Part shown: in pieces, positions 38,851 through 47,618 of the stretch
How positions within the stretch are numbered: position 1 is the stretch's first letter
Layout: each line of letters begins with the position of its first letter
Assembly (NCBI GenBank): GCA_036796975.1
Contig: DAIRBY010000014.1
Span: 2,793 to 66,792 of the forward strand
DNA length: 64,000 nucleotides
Source of the DNA: Acidimicrobiales bacterium
GTDB taxonomy: Bacteria; Actinomycetota; Acidimicrobiia; Acidimicrobiales; UBA8190
Direction: 5' to 3'
Made by a program: the position numbers and the translations under genes
The notes under the pieces: model-generated
Told to the model about the DNA's origin: nothing
The model's input: only the letters and a program-made list of their open reading frames with translations
Databases searched by the model: none

Positions 38851-39112
38851 CGCGGGCCATGGTACCGAGGTGAACGCCCGGCACTGCGCCCCGGGGCCCG
38901 ACGAACTCAGGTCACAGCCGCTTGCGCAGCATGCCCTTCCCCATCTCGGCACCCTTGCGGCTGTCGGCCTGGGCCTTGCGGCTCCGCGGTGGCCGTGGTC
39001 ATGGGGGTCCTCCAGCCTCTCGTTTGGCTCTTCAAGGGACATGACCGCTCCCGCCGGGACAGAAACCTCACCCGGCGACCTCGCAACCTGTTCAGAATTG
39101 CACGCAGTGGGC

Positions 39113-40489
39113 ATGGGGAATTGCACGATCCTGGACACCGAAGCCCGCCTTCCCGTGTACTCGTGGGCGGCGTCCCTGGAGGAAGGGGCGCTGGCCCAGG
39201 CGGTGAACTGCGCCAACCTCGACCCGGCCTTCCACCACGTGGCGGTCATGGCCGACGGCCATCAGGGCTACGGCGTCCCCATCGGTGCGGTCCTTGCTCT
39301 CGACGGTGCCGTGTCGCCGTACGCCGTGGGCAACGACATCGGCTGCGGCATGGCGCTCGTGCGCAGCGGCATCTCGGACACCGCATTGCTGTCGCCACTT
39401 CCCACCCGGTCTGGCGGACAGGGCCCGGTGGCACGAGACGAGCTCATGGGACGGGTGCAACACGCCATCCCGGCCGGCAACGAGCAGCGACGTGGTGACG
39501 GCGCGGTGCGTCGTCACCACGATTCCAGCGACGCCCTCCTCGGCAACGCCTTCGACGCCTTGGAAGAAGCGGCGGCGGCCAGTGGTGTGGCGCTGTCGAC
39601 GTCGCAATCGGCTCGTCCCGACCCGGCCCGGCCGCTCCTCCGGCACGATCTCCTCGCCAGGGGCCGCGCCCAGATGGGCACGCTCGGGGCGGGGAACCAC
39701 TTCGTCGAGCTGTTGCGAGACCCCGACGGCCAGGTGTGGGTGCTCGTGCACTCGGGATCACGGGGCTTCGGCGGGACCGTGTGCGCCAACTTCCACCGCA
39801 TGGCCCTCGCCCACTGTGCCGACGCCGGGGTCGCCCTGCCCGACCCCGGGTTGGCGTGGCTCCCCATGGCCGCCCCCTCGGCTCGTCCCGACCGGTGGCA
39901 GCACGTCGGCGCCTGCTACCTGCGGGCCATGCAGGCGGCGCTGGCCTATGCCGAGCTGAACCGGGGCCGCATGCTCGAGGCCGTCGCCGACGTGTTCGGC
40001 CGGCACTTCCCCGGCGCCTTCGCCTGGGACGACGCTGTCAACATCCACCACAACGACGCCTCGCTCGAGACACACTTCGGCCGGGACGTCTGGGTCCACC
40101 GCAAGGGTGCGGTCAAGGCGAACGCCGGCACGCCCACCGTCACCCCGGGGTCCATGGGCACGGGTTCCGTGCTCGGGCGTGGCCTGGGCAATCCGGACGC
40201 CTTCTGCTCCGCCGCCCACGGCGCCGGACGCGCCATGAGCCGGACGCGCGCCCGCAAGGAGCTGTCGCTGTCTGCGCAGCTGGCGCTGGTGAGCGGAGCA
40301 GGCGGCAAGGTCTTCGCCGCCAACACGGGCGGGGTGCTCGACGAGATGCCCGGCGCCTACAAGGACCTGGACGAGGTCATGGTCCGGCAGTCCGACCTGG
40401 TGGAACCGGTGGTGCGATTCACACCCGTGGCGACCTACAAAGGCGTCGAGAAGGGCCGAGGCAAGCGGCGGCCCGAGGAAGAGCGCTGA
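39113..40489 (+). CDS. rtcB: RNA 3'-phosphate ligase RtcB
   Basis: HHVAVMADGHQGYGVPIGAV, GNDIGCGM, GAGNHFVE, VHSGSRGFG, and HNDASLE...WVHRKGA...PGSMG...HGAGR are the diagnostic RtcB metal- and GTP-binding motifs. Confidence 0.9.
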   Translation: MGNCTILDTEARLPVYSWAASLEEGALAQAVNCANLDPAFHHVAVMADGHQGYGVPIGAVLALDGAVSPYAVGNDIGCGMALVRSGISDTALLSPLPTRSGGQGPVARDELMGRVQHAIPAGNEQRRGDGAVRRHHDSSDALLGNAFDALEEAAAASGVALSTSQSARPDPARPLLRHDLLARGRAQMGTLGAGNHFVELLRDPDGQVWVLVHSGSRGFGGTVCANFHRMALAHCADAGVALPDPGLAWLPMAAPSARPDRWQHVGACYLRAMQAALAYAELNRGRMLEAVADVFGRHFPGAFAWDDAVNIHHNDASLETHFGRDVWVHRKGAVKANAGTPTVTPGSMGTGSVLGRGLGNPDAFCSAAHGAGRAMSRTRARKELSLSAQLALVSGAGGKVFAANTGGVLDEMPGAYKDLDEVMVRQSDLVEPVVRFTPVATYKGVEKGRGKRRPEEER

Positions 40490-40515
40490 GGCGGGCCATC
40501 GGGTATACACGGCCC

Positions 40516-40983
40516 ATGGCCCAGAAACTGAACGTCGCCGACTTGAAGGTCTCGTCCACTGCCTTCGCCGAGGGTGCGCCCATCCCCGAGCGATACACCG
40601 GCGACGGAGCCGACACCTCACCGCCGCTCGAGTGGACCGGTGTTCCCGACGGCACCGCCGCCTTCGTCGTGATATCGCACGACCCGGACGCCCCGCTGGT
40701 CGACGGATTCACCCATTGGGTGCTCTACGGCATCCCGTCCGGCGTGAGCAGCCTGTCGGAAGGCACGGACGGGTTCGTGGCCGGGAGGAACTCCTTCGGA
40801 AACACCGGCTACAACGGCCCGGCTCCGCCGCCCGGCCACGGCGTCCATCACTACTACTTCTGGGTGTACGCGCTGGACCGGGACCTCGATCTCGAGCCGG
40901 GTCTCGACCGGCGCACGGTGCTCGAGCGCATCGAAGACCACGTGATCGAGCAGAACCGGCTCATCGGCACCTACGAACACTGA
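40516..40983 (+). CDS. YbhB/YbcL-family PEBP (Raf kinase inhibitor-like) protein
   Basis: SPPLEWTGVPDGTAAFVVISHDPDAP...GYNGPAPPPGHGVHHYYFWVYALD. Confidence 0.9.
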   Translation: MAQKLNVADLKVSSTAFAEGAPIPERYTGDGADTSPPLEWTGVPDGTAAFVVISHDPDAPLVDGFTHWVLYGIPSGVSSLSEGTDGFVAGRNSFGNTGYNGPAPPPGHGVHHYYFWVYALDRDLDLEPGLDRRTVLERIEDHVIEQNRLIGTYEH

Positions 40984-41028
40984 TCGTCGGTCCCGTGAGC
41001 ACCCGGCGTCGGGGCGCGCCAGGGGCCC

Positions 41029-41799
41029 TCAGCGCGCCGCGGTGGCGGCCGGTGCGGTCGGGGGCCCGGCCCAGTCGGAGTGGGGGTCGGAGGCCGGGAA
41101 GGACTGCTCCTCCTGCTCGTCGAGGCGCGCCTCGACGCGGTCTCGCCGCTCCAGGTCGTCGATGGTCTCCTCGGTGATCTCCCCGAGGCTACCGAGCACC
41201 ACGTCGGCCAGTGCCAGGACCGCGGGTGGGGGTGGGTAGGCCGGGTTGGGGATCGCCAGCACGTGCAGGCCGGCGGCCAACCCGGAGCGGATCCCGTTGG
41301 CCGAGTCCTCGATCGCCACGCAGTGGCGAGGCGCGACGTGCAGGCGTCGGGCTGCTTCCAGGTAGACGTCGGGCGACGGCTTTCCCCGGGCCACCTCTTC
41401 GGAGGACACCGTCACGCTGAAGCAGCTCTCCAGGCGCGCCGCCACGAGCACGGCGTCGATGACCGTCTTGTTGGCGGATGAGGCGACGGCGAGGGGCCAG
41501 CGGGGCGCCAGGCGCTCGACCGCCTGGCGTGCGCCCGGCAGGAGGGGCAGGTGATCGGCGTAGCGGCGCAGCAGCTCGTCCGCCACCAGCTCGGCGATCT
41601 GTCCCGGAGGCAGCTGCACGCCGAGGCTGTCGTGCATGTAGGCCGACCATTCCACCGAGCTCATGCCCTGCATGTCCCCCGTGGCCCGGTCGTGCCAGCG
41701 CCCGCCGTGGCGGGCGGCCACGTCCCGGCGTGCCTCGTCCCACAGCTGTTCGGAGTCGACGAGGACCCCGTCGAGGTCGAAGACGACCGCCTCGATCAC
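41029..41799 (-). CDS. HAD-superfamily hydrolase (beta-phosphoglucomutase-like subfamily) with an acidic C-terminal tail
   Basis: GTG start at 41799. VIEAVVFDLDGVLVDSE (DxDG motif I), VASSANK (motif II), GKPSPDVY, and IEDSANG (motif IV). The tail ends EQSFPASDPHSDW. Confidence 0.8.
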   Translation of the reverse strand: MIEAVVFDLDGVLVDSEQLWDEARRDVAARHGGRWHDRATGDMQGMSSVEWSAYMHDSLGVQLPPGQIAELVADELLRRYADHLPLLPGARQAVERLAPRWPLAVASSANKTVIDAVLVAARLESCFSVTVSSEEVARGKPSPDVYLEAARRLHVAPRHCVAIEDSANGIRSGLAAGLHVLAIPNPAYPPPPAVLALADVVLGSLGEITEETIDDLERRDRVEARLDEQEEQSFPASDPHSDWAGPPTAPAATAAR

Positions 41800-41865
41800 C
41801 GCCCGAGTATGGCGGCTCCCGCCCCTGCGGACGCGAGGACCGGCTCGGGGCGGTAGTACTGGTCT

Positions 41866-42282
41866 GTGACCCCGCACGATCCTGTCGCCGCCGTGTCGGC
41901 GGTGCTGAGCGAGGTCCTCGACGTCGTGCAGGACGTGAAGCAGGCCCACCGCAAGGTCCCCGAGAACCACGAGCTGCACCGCGAGCTCGACCGCCTGTTC
42001 GACGACCTGCGCACCTGGGGGCGGCTGCTCATGGACGAGGACCTGCAGCTCGGCGGCTCCCCCCTGGCGGACATGCCCAGCGTGGCGGGGCGGGTGCCGC
42101 CCAACCTGTGGCCTTCGTCGGCCAGCGACGACGACGTCAGGACGGTGCTGTCGGAGCACCTCGCCCGCTTGGCCGCGCACCTGGCGGACGCCGTGGCGTC
42201 CCAGACCGACGACCAGGCGGGCGCCGTGCTGGGCGAGATCCAGGCCGCCGTGGCCGATCACGTCCGGGCCCTCCGTCCCTAG
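41866..42282 (+). CDS. hypothetical helical protein (weak Dps/ferritin-like pattern)
   Basis: 138 aa with a GTG start. VLDVVQDVKQAHRKVPENHELHRELDRLFDDLRTWGRLLMDEDLQLGGSP resembles the Dps HW.V...H helix pair. The assignment is weak. Confidence 0.45.
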   Translation: MTPHDPVAAVSAVLSEVLDVVQDVKQAHRKVPENHELHRELDRLFDDLRTWGRLLMDEDLQLGGSPLADMPSVAGRVPPNLWPSSASDDDVRTVLSEHLARLAAHLADAVASQTDDQAGAVLGEIQAAVADHVRALRP

Positions 42283-42312
42283 GCCCTGCCGCCGTCGGTC
42301 CCCGGGCCGGGC

Positions 42313-42341
42313 TTGACCCCGTCCCGGTCTGGTCATACCAT
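42313..42341 (+). promoter_or_regulatory. sigma-70-type promoter TTGACC-17-TACCAT of the P450-tetR operon
   Basis: TTGACC (42313..42318), a 17-nt spacer, then TACCAT (42336..42341). It lies 45 nt before the P450 ATG. Confidence 0.45.
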
Positions 42342-42347
42342 CCGGCC

Positions 42348-42374
42348 TATCGGACAGTACGTCCGATATATCGG
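42348..42374. promoter_or_regulatory. overlapping palindromes, candidate TetR operator
   Basis: TATCGGAC-AGTAC-GTCCGATA (perfect 8-bp arms) runs directly into TATCGG, forming a second perfect palindrome CCGATATATCGG (42363..42374). The site lies between the -10 and the SD (GGAGG at 42373) of the P450 gene. Confidence 0.55.
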
Positions 42375-42385
42375 AGGTTGGTTCA

Positions 42386-43624
42386 ATGACCACGACCACG
42401 ACGCCCCCGGACGTCGACCTGGCCGACTCGGCCACCTTCGTGGAGGAGGTCCCCCACGACTACTTCGCCTGGCTCCGTGCCAACGAGCCGGTTCGGTTCT
42501 GTGGCGAGGCGGACGGGCCCGGCTTCTGGGCCGTCACCCGGTACCAGGACTGCGTCGTGGTGAACCGGGACCACGAGCGCTTCTCCTCCTACCGGCGCGG
42601 CACCATGCCCTTCGAGATCCCCGAGCAGGCCGTGGAGGAGCAGCGGCTGATGATGCTCAACATGGACCCTCCCCTGCACACGCGGTACCGGCGGCTCGTC
42701 AACAAGGGCTTCACCCCGCGCATGGTGGCCGAGCTGCACGACCGCATCCACCGCGCCACCGACGACATCATCGACGCCGTCATCGACAAGGGCGAAGCCG
42801 ACTTCGTCACCGACATCGCCGCCCAGCTGCCCCTGGTGGTCATCGCCGAGCTCCTGGGCGTGCCGGCCGACGAGCGAGACCGGATGTTCATCTGGTCCAA
42901 CCGCCTGGTCGGCAACGAGGACCCCGAGTACCAGCTGACCCCGGAGGCGGCCACCGAGGCGGCCATGGAGCTGTACAGCTATGCGGCGGCCCTCTTCGGC
43001 CACAAGCGCCTGGACCCCCATGCCGACCTCATGAGCGTGCTCGCTCAGGTGGAGGTGGACGGCGAGCGCCTGAGCGACCTCGAGCTCGAACTCTTCTTCC
43101 TCCTGCTCACCATCGCCGGCAACGAGACGACGAGGAACCTGATCTCCGGCGCCATGGTGGCCTTCTTCGACCATCCCGAGCAGTGGCAGCGCATCGTCGA
43201 CGACCGCGCCCTCGTGCCCGACGCCGTGGAGGAGATGCTCCGCTTCGTGAGCCCGGTCATGAACTTCCGCCGCCAGACCACCCAGCCCGTCGAGCTCTCG
43301 GGCCGGCGGATCGACGCCGACGAGAAGGTGGTGTTCTTCCACGTCTCGGCCAACCGGGACGAGGCGGTGTTCGGGGACCCTCAGCGCTTCGACGTCACCC
43401 GCTCCCCCAACCCCCACATGGCCTTCGGCGGAGGGGGCCCGCACTTCTGTCTCGGGGCCAACCTGGCCCGGATGGAGATCCGCGTGATGTTCGAGCACCT
43501 TCTCGACCGCATGCCGGAGATCGAGCCCGCCGGTTCGCCCGAGCGCCTACGGTCCCGCTTCATCAACGGTGTGAAGCACCTGCCGGTCCGCTTCCCGCCG
43601 GCGCAGCGACGCCGCCCCGCCTGA
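42386..43624 (+). CDS. cytochrome P450 monooxygenase
   Basis: 412 aa. Haem-binding loop [16 protein letters not shown], an EMLRF (ExxR) region, and I-helix [11 protein letters not shown]. Confidence 0.95.
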   Translation: MTTTTTPPDVDLADSATFVEEVPHDYFAWLRANEPVRFCGEADGPGFWAVTRYQDCVVVNRDHERFSSYRRGTMPFEIPEQAVEEQRLMMLNMDPPLHTRYRRLVNKGFTPRMVAELHDRIHRATDDIIDAVIDKGEADFVTDIAAQLPLVVIAELLGVPADERDRMFIWSNRLVGNEDPEYQLTPEAATEAAMELYSYAAALFGHKRLDPHADLMSVLAQVEVDGERLSDLELELFFLLLTIAGNETTRNLISGAMVAFFDHPEQWQRIVDDRALVPDAVEEMLRFVSPVMNFRRQTTQPVELSGRRIDADEKVVFFHVSANRDEAVFGDPQRFDVTRSPNPHMAFGGGGPHFCLGANLARMEIRVMFEHLLDRMPEIEPAGSPERLRSRFINGVKHLPVRFPPAQRRRPA

Positions 43625-43680
43625 TGCCGAGGTCCGGTTACCCGATGCCGAGGTCCGGCACCTGATGCCGAGGCGCAGCC
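43620..43680 (+). repeat. three tandem ~20-nt copies of the P450-stop/tetR-start junction
   Basis: CCTGATGCCGAGGTCCGGTTA / CCCGATGCCGAGGTCCGGCA / CCTGATGCCGAGGCGCAGCC. Copy 1 holds the P450 TGA (43622..43624). Copy 3 holds the tetR ATG (43665). Confidence 0.8.
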
Positions 43681-44288
43681 CCGACGAGCTCAAAGAGGTC
43701 ATCCGCGACTTCCGCCGCGACCAGATCATCGACGTGGCCCGGCGGCTGTTCGGCGAGCGGGGCACCACCGAGGTGTCGATGGACGAGATCGCCGCCGAGG
43801 CGGAGGTGGCCCGCTCGACCGTCTACGTCTACTTCGCCAACCGCGACGAGTTGCTGCGCGCCTGCCTGAAGCGGATGTACGGCCAGTTGCAGGACGCCAT
43901 CGTGGCCCAATGGGAGACCGAGAGGGATCCCGAGGCGCGCCTGCGCGCCATCATCCGGGGGCTGTTGGCCCGGATCGACGACAACCCGGCCTTCTTCCGG
44001 CTGGCCATGGCCGTGCACGCTTCCGCCAACGACACCGGGGCGGCCGTCGACGCCGAACTGGCGACGATCGGGCTGGACATGGCCCGGCTGCTCGAAGACG
44101 TCATGACCGAAGGAATCAGCGAGGGGCTGTTCGCCGACGTCGAGCCGGCACGGGCCGCCGCCTTCATCGGCCAGCAGGTGTACGGGGCCATGTCGGTACG
44201 GGCCGGTGAACCGGCTCCGTTGCCGCTCGAGGAAGCCGTGGACGAGCTGAGCACCTTTCTGTTGAGCGGCTTGCGGCGACGGGCCTGA
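43665..44288 (+). CDS. TetR-family transcriptional regulator
   Basis: [44 protein letters not shown] is a TetR_N HTH. Confidence 0.9.
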   Translation: MPRRSPDELKEVIRDFRRDQIIDVARRLFGERGTTEVSMDEIAAEAEVARSTVYVYFANRDELLRACLKRMYGQLQDAIVAQWETERDPEARLRAIIRGLLARIDDNPAFFRLAMAVHASANDTGAAVDAELATIGLDMARLLEDVMTEGISEGLFADVEPARAAAFIGQQVYGAMSVRAGEPAPLPLEEAVDELSTFLLSGLRRRA

Positions 44289-44334
44289 GAGCGCCCGCTG
44301 CCGCCCGCCCGCTCACGGCCACCGCACCGGATCC

Positions 44335-44922
44335 TCAACCGGCCGCGTGGACCGGCGTGGACGTCCGGGCCCGGCGGTCGGGGATCTCGCACAGGCCGTC
44401 CGAGCCGATGTTGAGGGCGTGGTTGGTCATGTTGTAGACGTGCTCGCTGGCGACGAGCCAGACGATGTCGCAGATCTCCCGCTCGCTGTAGTGGCCGGCC
44501 AGCCGGGCGAAGGTCTCGCCATCGACCCGCTTGGTGGCGGTCACCTCGATGGCGTAGTCCAAGGCGGCGCGCTCGGCGTCGCTGAACAGCGGGCTGCTGC
44601 GGTAGCCGGGCAGGGCGTCGATGCGGGCGACGTCCTCGGGCGACTTCTTCGTGGCGTACCACCTCGAGGTGTCCATGCAGAAGGCGCACCCGTTGATGGC
44701 GGCCACCTGCTGGCGCACCAGCACGGCGGTGTGGGGCGACAGCTCGAGCTTCTTGTCCAGGCGGGAGACCTTGCCGTAGAAGGACAGGAAGGCGTTGGGC
44801 ATGCGCGCCGAGAAGACGGCGATGGGCGTGGACACCTTGCCGAACTGCTTGCGGGTGAAGAAGTACACGGCCCGGAGCAGCAGACCCTTGGGCTTCTCCA
44901 CCGGAGCGAGGAATGGGGCCAT
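44335..44922 (-). CDS. carboxymuconolactone decarboxylase (AhpD-like) family protein
   Basis: 195 aa. VAAINGCAFCMD (CxxC in an AhpD-like fold) and LFSDAERAALDYA. Confidence 0.85.
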   Translation of the reverse strand: MAPFLAPVEKPKGLLLRAVYFFTRKQFGKVSTPIAVFSARMPNAFLSFYGKVSRLDKKLELSPHTAVLVRQQVAAINGCAFCMDTSRWYATKKSPEDVARIDALPGYRSSPLFSDAERAALDYAIEVTATKRVDGETFARLAGHYSEREICDIVWLVASEHVYNMTNHALNIGSDGLCEIPDRRARTSTPVHAAG

Positions 44923-44965
44923 CTCCGGCCTCCTTTCGTGTCGGTCGTACCGGTTCTCCCCCTAG

Positions 44966-44992
44966 GACCCGCCGGCGCCCGGCGCTGTGACA
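44966..44992 (-). promoter_or_regulatory. ECF41-type promoter (TGTCACA-N16-GGTC) upstream of the CMD gene
   Basis: The minus strand reads TGTCACA (44992..44986), 16 nt (GCGCCGGGCGCCGGCG), then GGTC (44969..44966). It lies ~44 nt before the CMD ATG. Confidence 0.55.
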
Positions 44993-45030
44993 CCCAATCG
45001 CCTCACAATCCCCGTGCACCGGCGGCCTCT

Positions 45031-45057
45031 CGTCACATCGAGACCTCCCGCCGGGTC
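45031..45057 (+). promoter_or_regulatory. ECF41-type promoter (CGTCACA-N16-GGTC) upstream of the ECF sigma gene
   Basis: The plus strand reads CGTCACA (45031..45037), 16 nt, then GGTC (45054..45057). It mirrors the minus-strand site in the same spacer. Confidence 0.5.
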
Positions 45058-45104
45058 GCCTCGGTGACGGGTGGGCGAGAAGGATGGCAAGGAGGATGGG
45101 CCAG

Positions 45105-45992
45105 ATGAGCGAGAGCGATTGGCTCCTGGGGCGCTTCGAGGAGCAGCGTCCGAAGCTGCGAGCGGTCGCCTACCGGATGCTGGGCTCGCTGGCCGAAGCC
45201 GACGACGCCCTGCAGGACGCCTGGGTGCGGGTGAGCCGGGCGGGGGCGGACGACGTCGAGAACCTGGGGGCGTGGATGACCACCATCGTCGCCCGCGTCT
45301 GTCTGAACATGATCCGGTCCCGGAACGTGAGGAAGGAAGAGCCGCTCGAGGCCCGCCTGCCCGATCCCATCGTGCTCCCGGAGGGAGCAGCCGAGCCCGA
45401 AGAGGAAGCGGTGCTGGCCGACTCCGTCGGTCTTGCGCTCCAGATCGTGCTCGAAACCCTGTCGCCGTCCGAGCGGCTGGCGTTCGTCCTCCACGACATG
45501 TTCGACCTCCCCTTCGAGGAGATCGCCCCCATGGTGGGGAAGTCCACCGACGCCGCCCGTCAGCTCGCCAGCCGCGCCCGCCGGCGCGTGAAAGGTGCCG
45601 GGCCGCCCGAGGCCGAGCCCGACCGTCACCGTCAGCGAGCCGTGGTGGACGCCTTCTTCGCCGCGGCGCGAGGTGGTGACTTGACGTCGCTGGTCGCCTT
45701 GCTCCATCCCGACGTGGTGCTGCGGGCCGACTTGAGCCCCGGGCGCCCGTCGGCGTCGAGGGTGGTACGCGGTGCGGAGGCCGTCGCCCGGCAGGCGCGC
45801 ATCGGGGCCGACCCTGCGGCGATCGTCCTCCCCGTCCTGGTCAACGGCGCTGCCGGCGCCGTCGTCACCCTGGAGGGCCGCCCTCACGTCCTCATGGCGT
45901 TCACCGTCGCCGAAGGGAAGATCGTGGAGATCGACATCATCGGCGACCCGCAGCGGGTCGGGAAGGTGGCGGCTTCGGTCCTCGCCGGCTGA
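45105..45992 (+). CDS. ECF sigma factor, SigI/SigJ-like, with fused C-terminal NTF2/SnoaL-like domain
   Basis: I prefer ATG 45105 (GGAGG lies 9 nt upstream). MSESDWLLGRFEEQRPKLRAVAYRMLGS aligns with the start of the paralogue at 54810..55682. Region 2 is DALQDAWVRV...WMTTIVARVCLNMIRSR. Region 4 is ERLAFVLHDMFDLPFEEIAPMVGKSTDAARQLASRARRRV. A ~110-aa extension follows. Confidence 0.85.
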   Translation: MSESDWLLGRFEEQRPKLRAVAYRMLGSLAEADDALQDAWVRVSRAGADDVENLGAWMTTIVARVCLNMIRSRNVRKEEPLEARLPDPIVLPEGAAEPEEEAVLADSVGLALQIVLETLSPSERLAFVLHDMFDLPFEEIAPMVGKSTDAARQLASRARRRVKGAGPPEAEPDRHRQRAVVDAFFAAARGGDLTSLVALLHPDVVLRADLSPGRPSASRVVRGAEAVARQARIGADPAAIVLPVLVNGAAGAVVTLEGRPHVLMAFTVAEGKIVEIDIIGDPQRVGKVAASVLAG

Positions 45993-46032
45993 AGGCGACA
46001 GCCAGCCCCTCACCCGTCTAGACCGATGGCCC

Positions 46033-47097
46033 GTGACGGCGGTCCTCGTGGTCCTGGCAGTCGGTTTCGCCTACAGCATCGGTGCCCACTACACGGGCGC
46101 CTGCATGGGGATGCCCCACGCGCTCAACGCCATCTCGGCCCGCCGAGCGCTGATCGTCATGGCGCCCCTCGCCCTCCTGGGTGCCACCGTCGCCAGCCAC
46201 GGCGTCGAGCACACCGTCGGCCGCGGGCTCATCGGCGGGGCCGGGCTGTCGGTGCCGGGACTCGTCATCGTCGTAGGGGTGGCGTTCGGGTTGACCAGCC
46301 TGTTCAACCGACTGCGCACACCGACGTCGACCATCCAGATCGTGGTGTTCAGTGCCGTGGGTGCCGGGCTGGCAGCCGGCCTCGGCATCCAGTGGAACCA
46401 CATCGCCGAGCTGGCGGTGATCTGGGTGACCGCCCCTCTCGCCGCCGCCGCCCTCGGGTACCTGTTCACGAAGGTGCTCGACCTCGTCCCTTCGGTAGGC
46501 GTCGAGTCGCACGACCGGGCCGAGAACCTGGCCATGGTGGCGCTCGAGGGCCCGGTCCCGATCACCTCCGAGGACAGCGGGGCGGGACGGGCCGGCACGG
46601 CTGCCACCGCCGGAGGGTGGTTGGGGGCGGCGCTCGTGCTCGTGGGGGCGCTCGCCTCGTTCACGATGGGGGGCAACGACGTTGCCAACGCCACGGGCTC
46701 GCTGGTGGGCACCCGCATCCTGGGGCCGCTCGCCGCCGGCCTCGTGGGCGGCCTCGGGATCGCCGCCGGCGTGCTGACCTGGGGACGGCCCTTGCTCCGC
46801 AGGGTCGCCTTCGACATCGTGAGCGTCGACCGGCCCATGGCCACCGCCGCCCAGCTCGTGCAGGCGGCCGTGGTGTTGAGCGCGGTCGCCTTCGGGTTCT
46901 TCACCTCCATGAACCAGGCGCTCGTGGGAGCCATGGGCGGTGCCGGCGTGGCCCGGGGACGCCAGTCCGTCCACGCCTCGACTCTCCTGGACATCGTCCG
47001 GGCCTGGGTCATCGGGCCGGGGGCCGGGATCACCCTGGGCTTCGCCTTCACCCGGCTGGCCCTGTCCGTCGCCGGGAGCCACTACCTCGTCGCCTGA
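46033..47097 (+). CDS. inorganic phosphate transporter, PiT (PHO4) family
   Basis: GTG start at 46033. FAYSIGAHYTGACMG and the second-half motif TMGGNDVANATG, with ~10 TM segments. Confidence 0.85.
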   Translation: MTAVLVVLAVGFAYSIGAHYTGACMGMPHALNAISARRALIVMAPLALLGATVASHGVEHTVGRGLIGGAGLSVPGLVIVVGVAFGLTSLFNRLRTPTSTIQIVVFSAVGAGLAAGLGIQWNHIAELAVIWVTAPLAAAALGYLFTKVLDLVPSVGVESHDRAENLAMVALEGPVPITSEDSGAGRAGTAATAGGWLGAALVLVGALASFTMGGNDVANATGSLVGTRILGPLAAGLVGGLGIAAGVLTWGRPLLRRVAFDIVSVDRPMATAAQLVQAAVVLSAVAFGFFTSMNQALVGAMGGAGVARGRQSVHASTLLDIVRAWVIGPGAGITLGFAFTRLALSVAGSHYLVA

Positions 47098-47139
47098 TCG
47101 ACGGGGGAAGGCAAGATTTTCCCGGGACGTCGTCGATCC

Positions 47140-47482
47140 GGGTCTGTCCCGTGCGTCGATGAGGGTGCAGGCGCCACCGGGGAGATCGTCGGCCTGTACG
47201 ACCTCCTCGTGCAGGCATGGCCCTCGCCGGTGGTGGCCCTCAACCGTGCCGTGGCCATCGGCTTCGCCGACGGGCCCGAAGCCGGCCTCGCTGCTCTGGA
47301 CCTGCTCGCCGCCGAGGCGGTGTTGGCGTCCTACAGCTACCTGGCTTCTTCGCGCGCCGAGTTCATGAGGTCTCGGACGCACGGACGAGGCTCGGCTCGC
47401 CTACGAAGAAGCACGCATGCTCTCGGAGAACTCGGTCGAGCGCGAGTTCCTGGCCGACCGCCTGCGCAGCATCGGAGGCTGA
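47140..47482 (+). pseudogene. 5'-truncated, frameshifted remnant of an ECF sigma factor C-terminal (DUF6596-type) domain
   Basis: ...GEIVGLYDLLVQAWPSPVVALNRAVAIGFADGPEAGLAALDLLAAEAVLASYSYLASSRAEFMR, then after a +1 shift at about 47371, LGRTDEARLAYEEARMLSENSVEREFLADRLRSIGG-stop. No sigma region 2 or 4 lies upstream, because the PiT stop is at 47097. Confidence 0.6.
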
Positions 47483-47618
47483 CCCCGGCGCGGCGCGCCC
47501 GGCGGCGGTCTCCCCGCCCTTGGGAAACCCAAAGGATGCGCACAGCCGTCGCCGAGGCGGCCCTCCGACACTTGTCGGTGACAGCCGCCATGCGGCCTGA
47601 GCCCGGGAAGGAGCGGCC

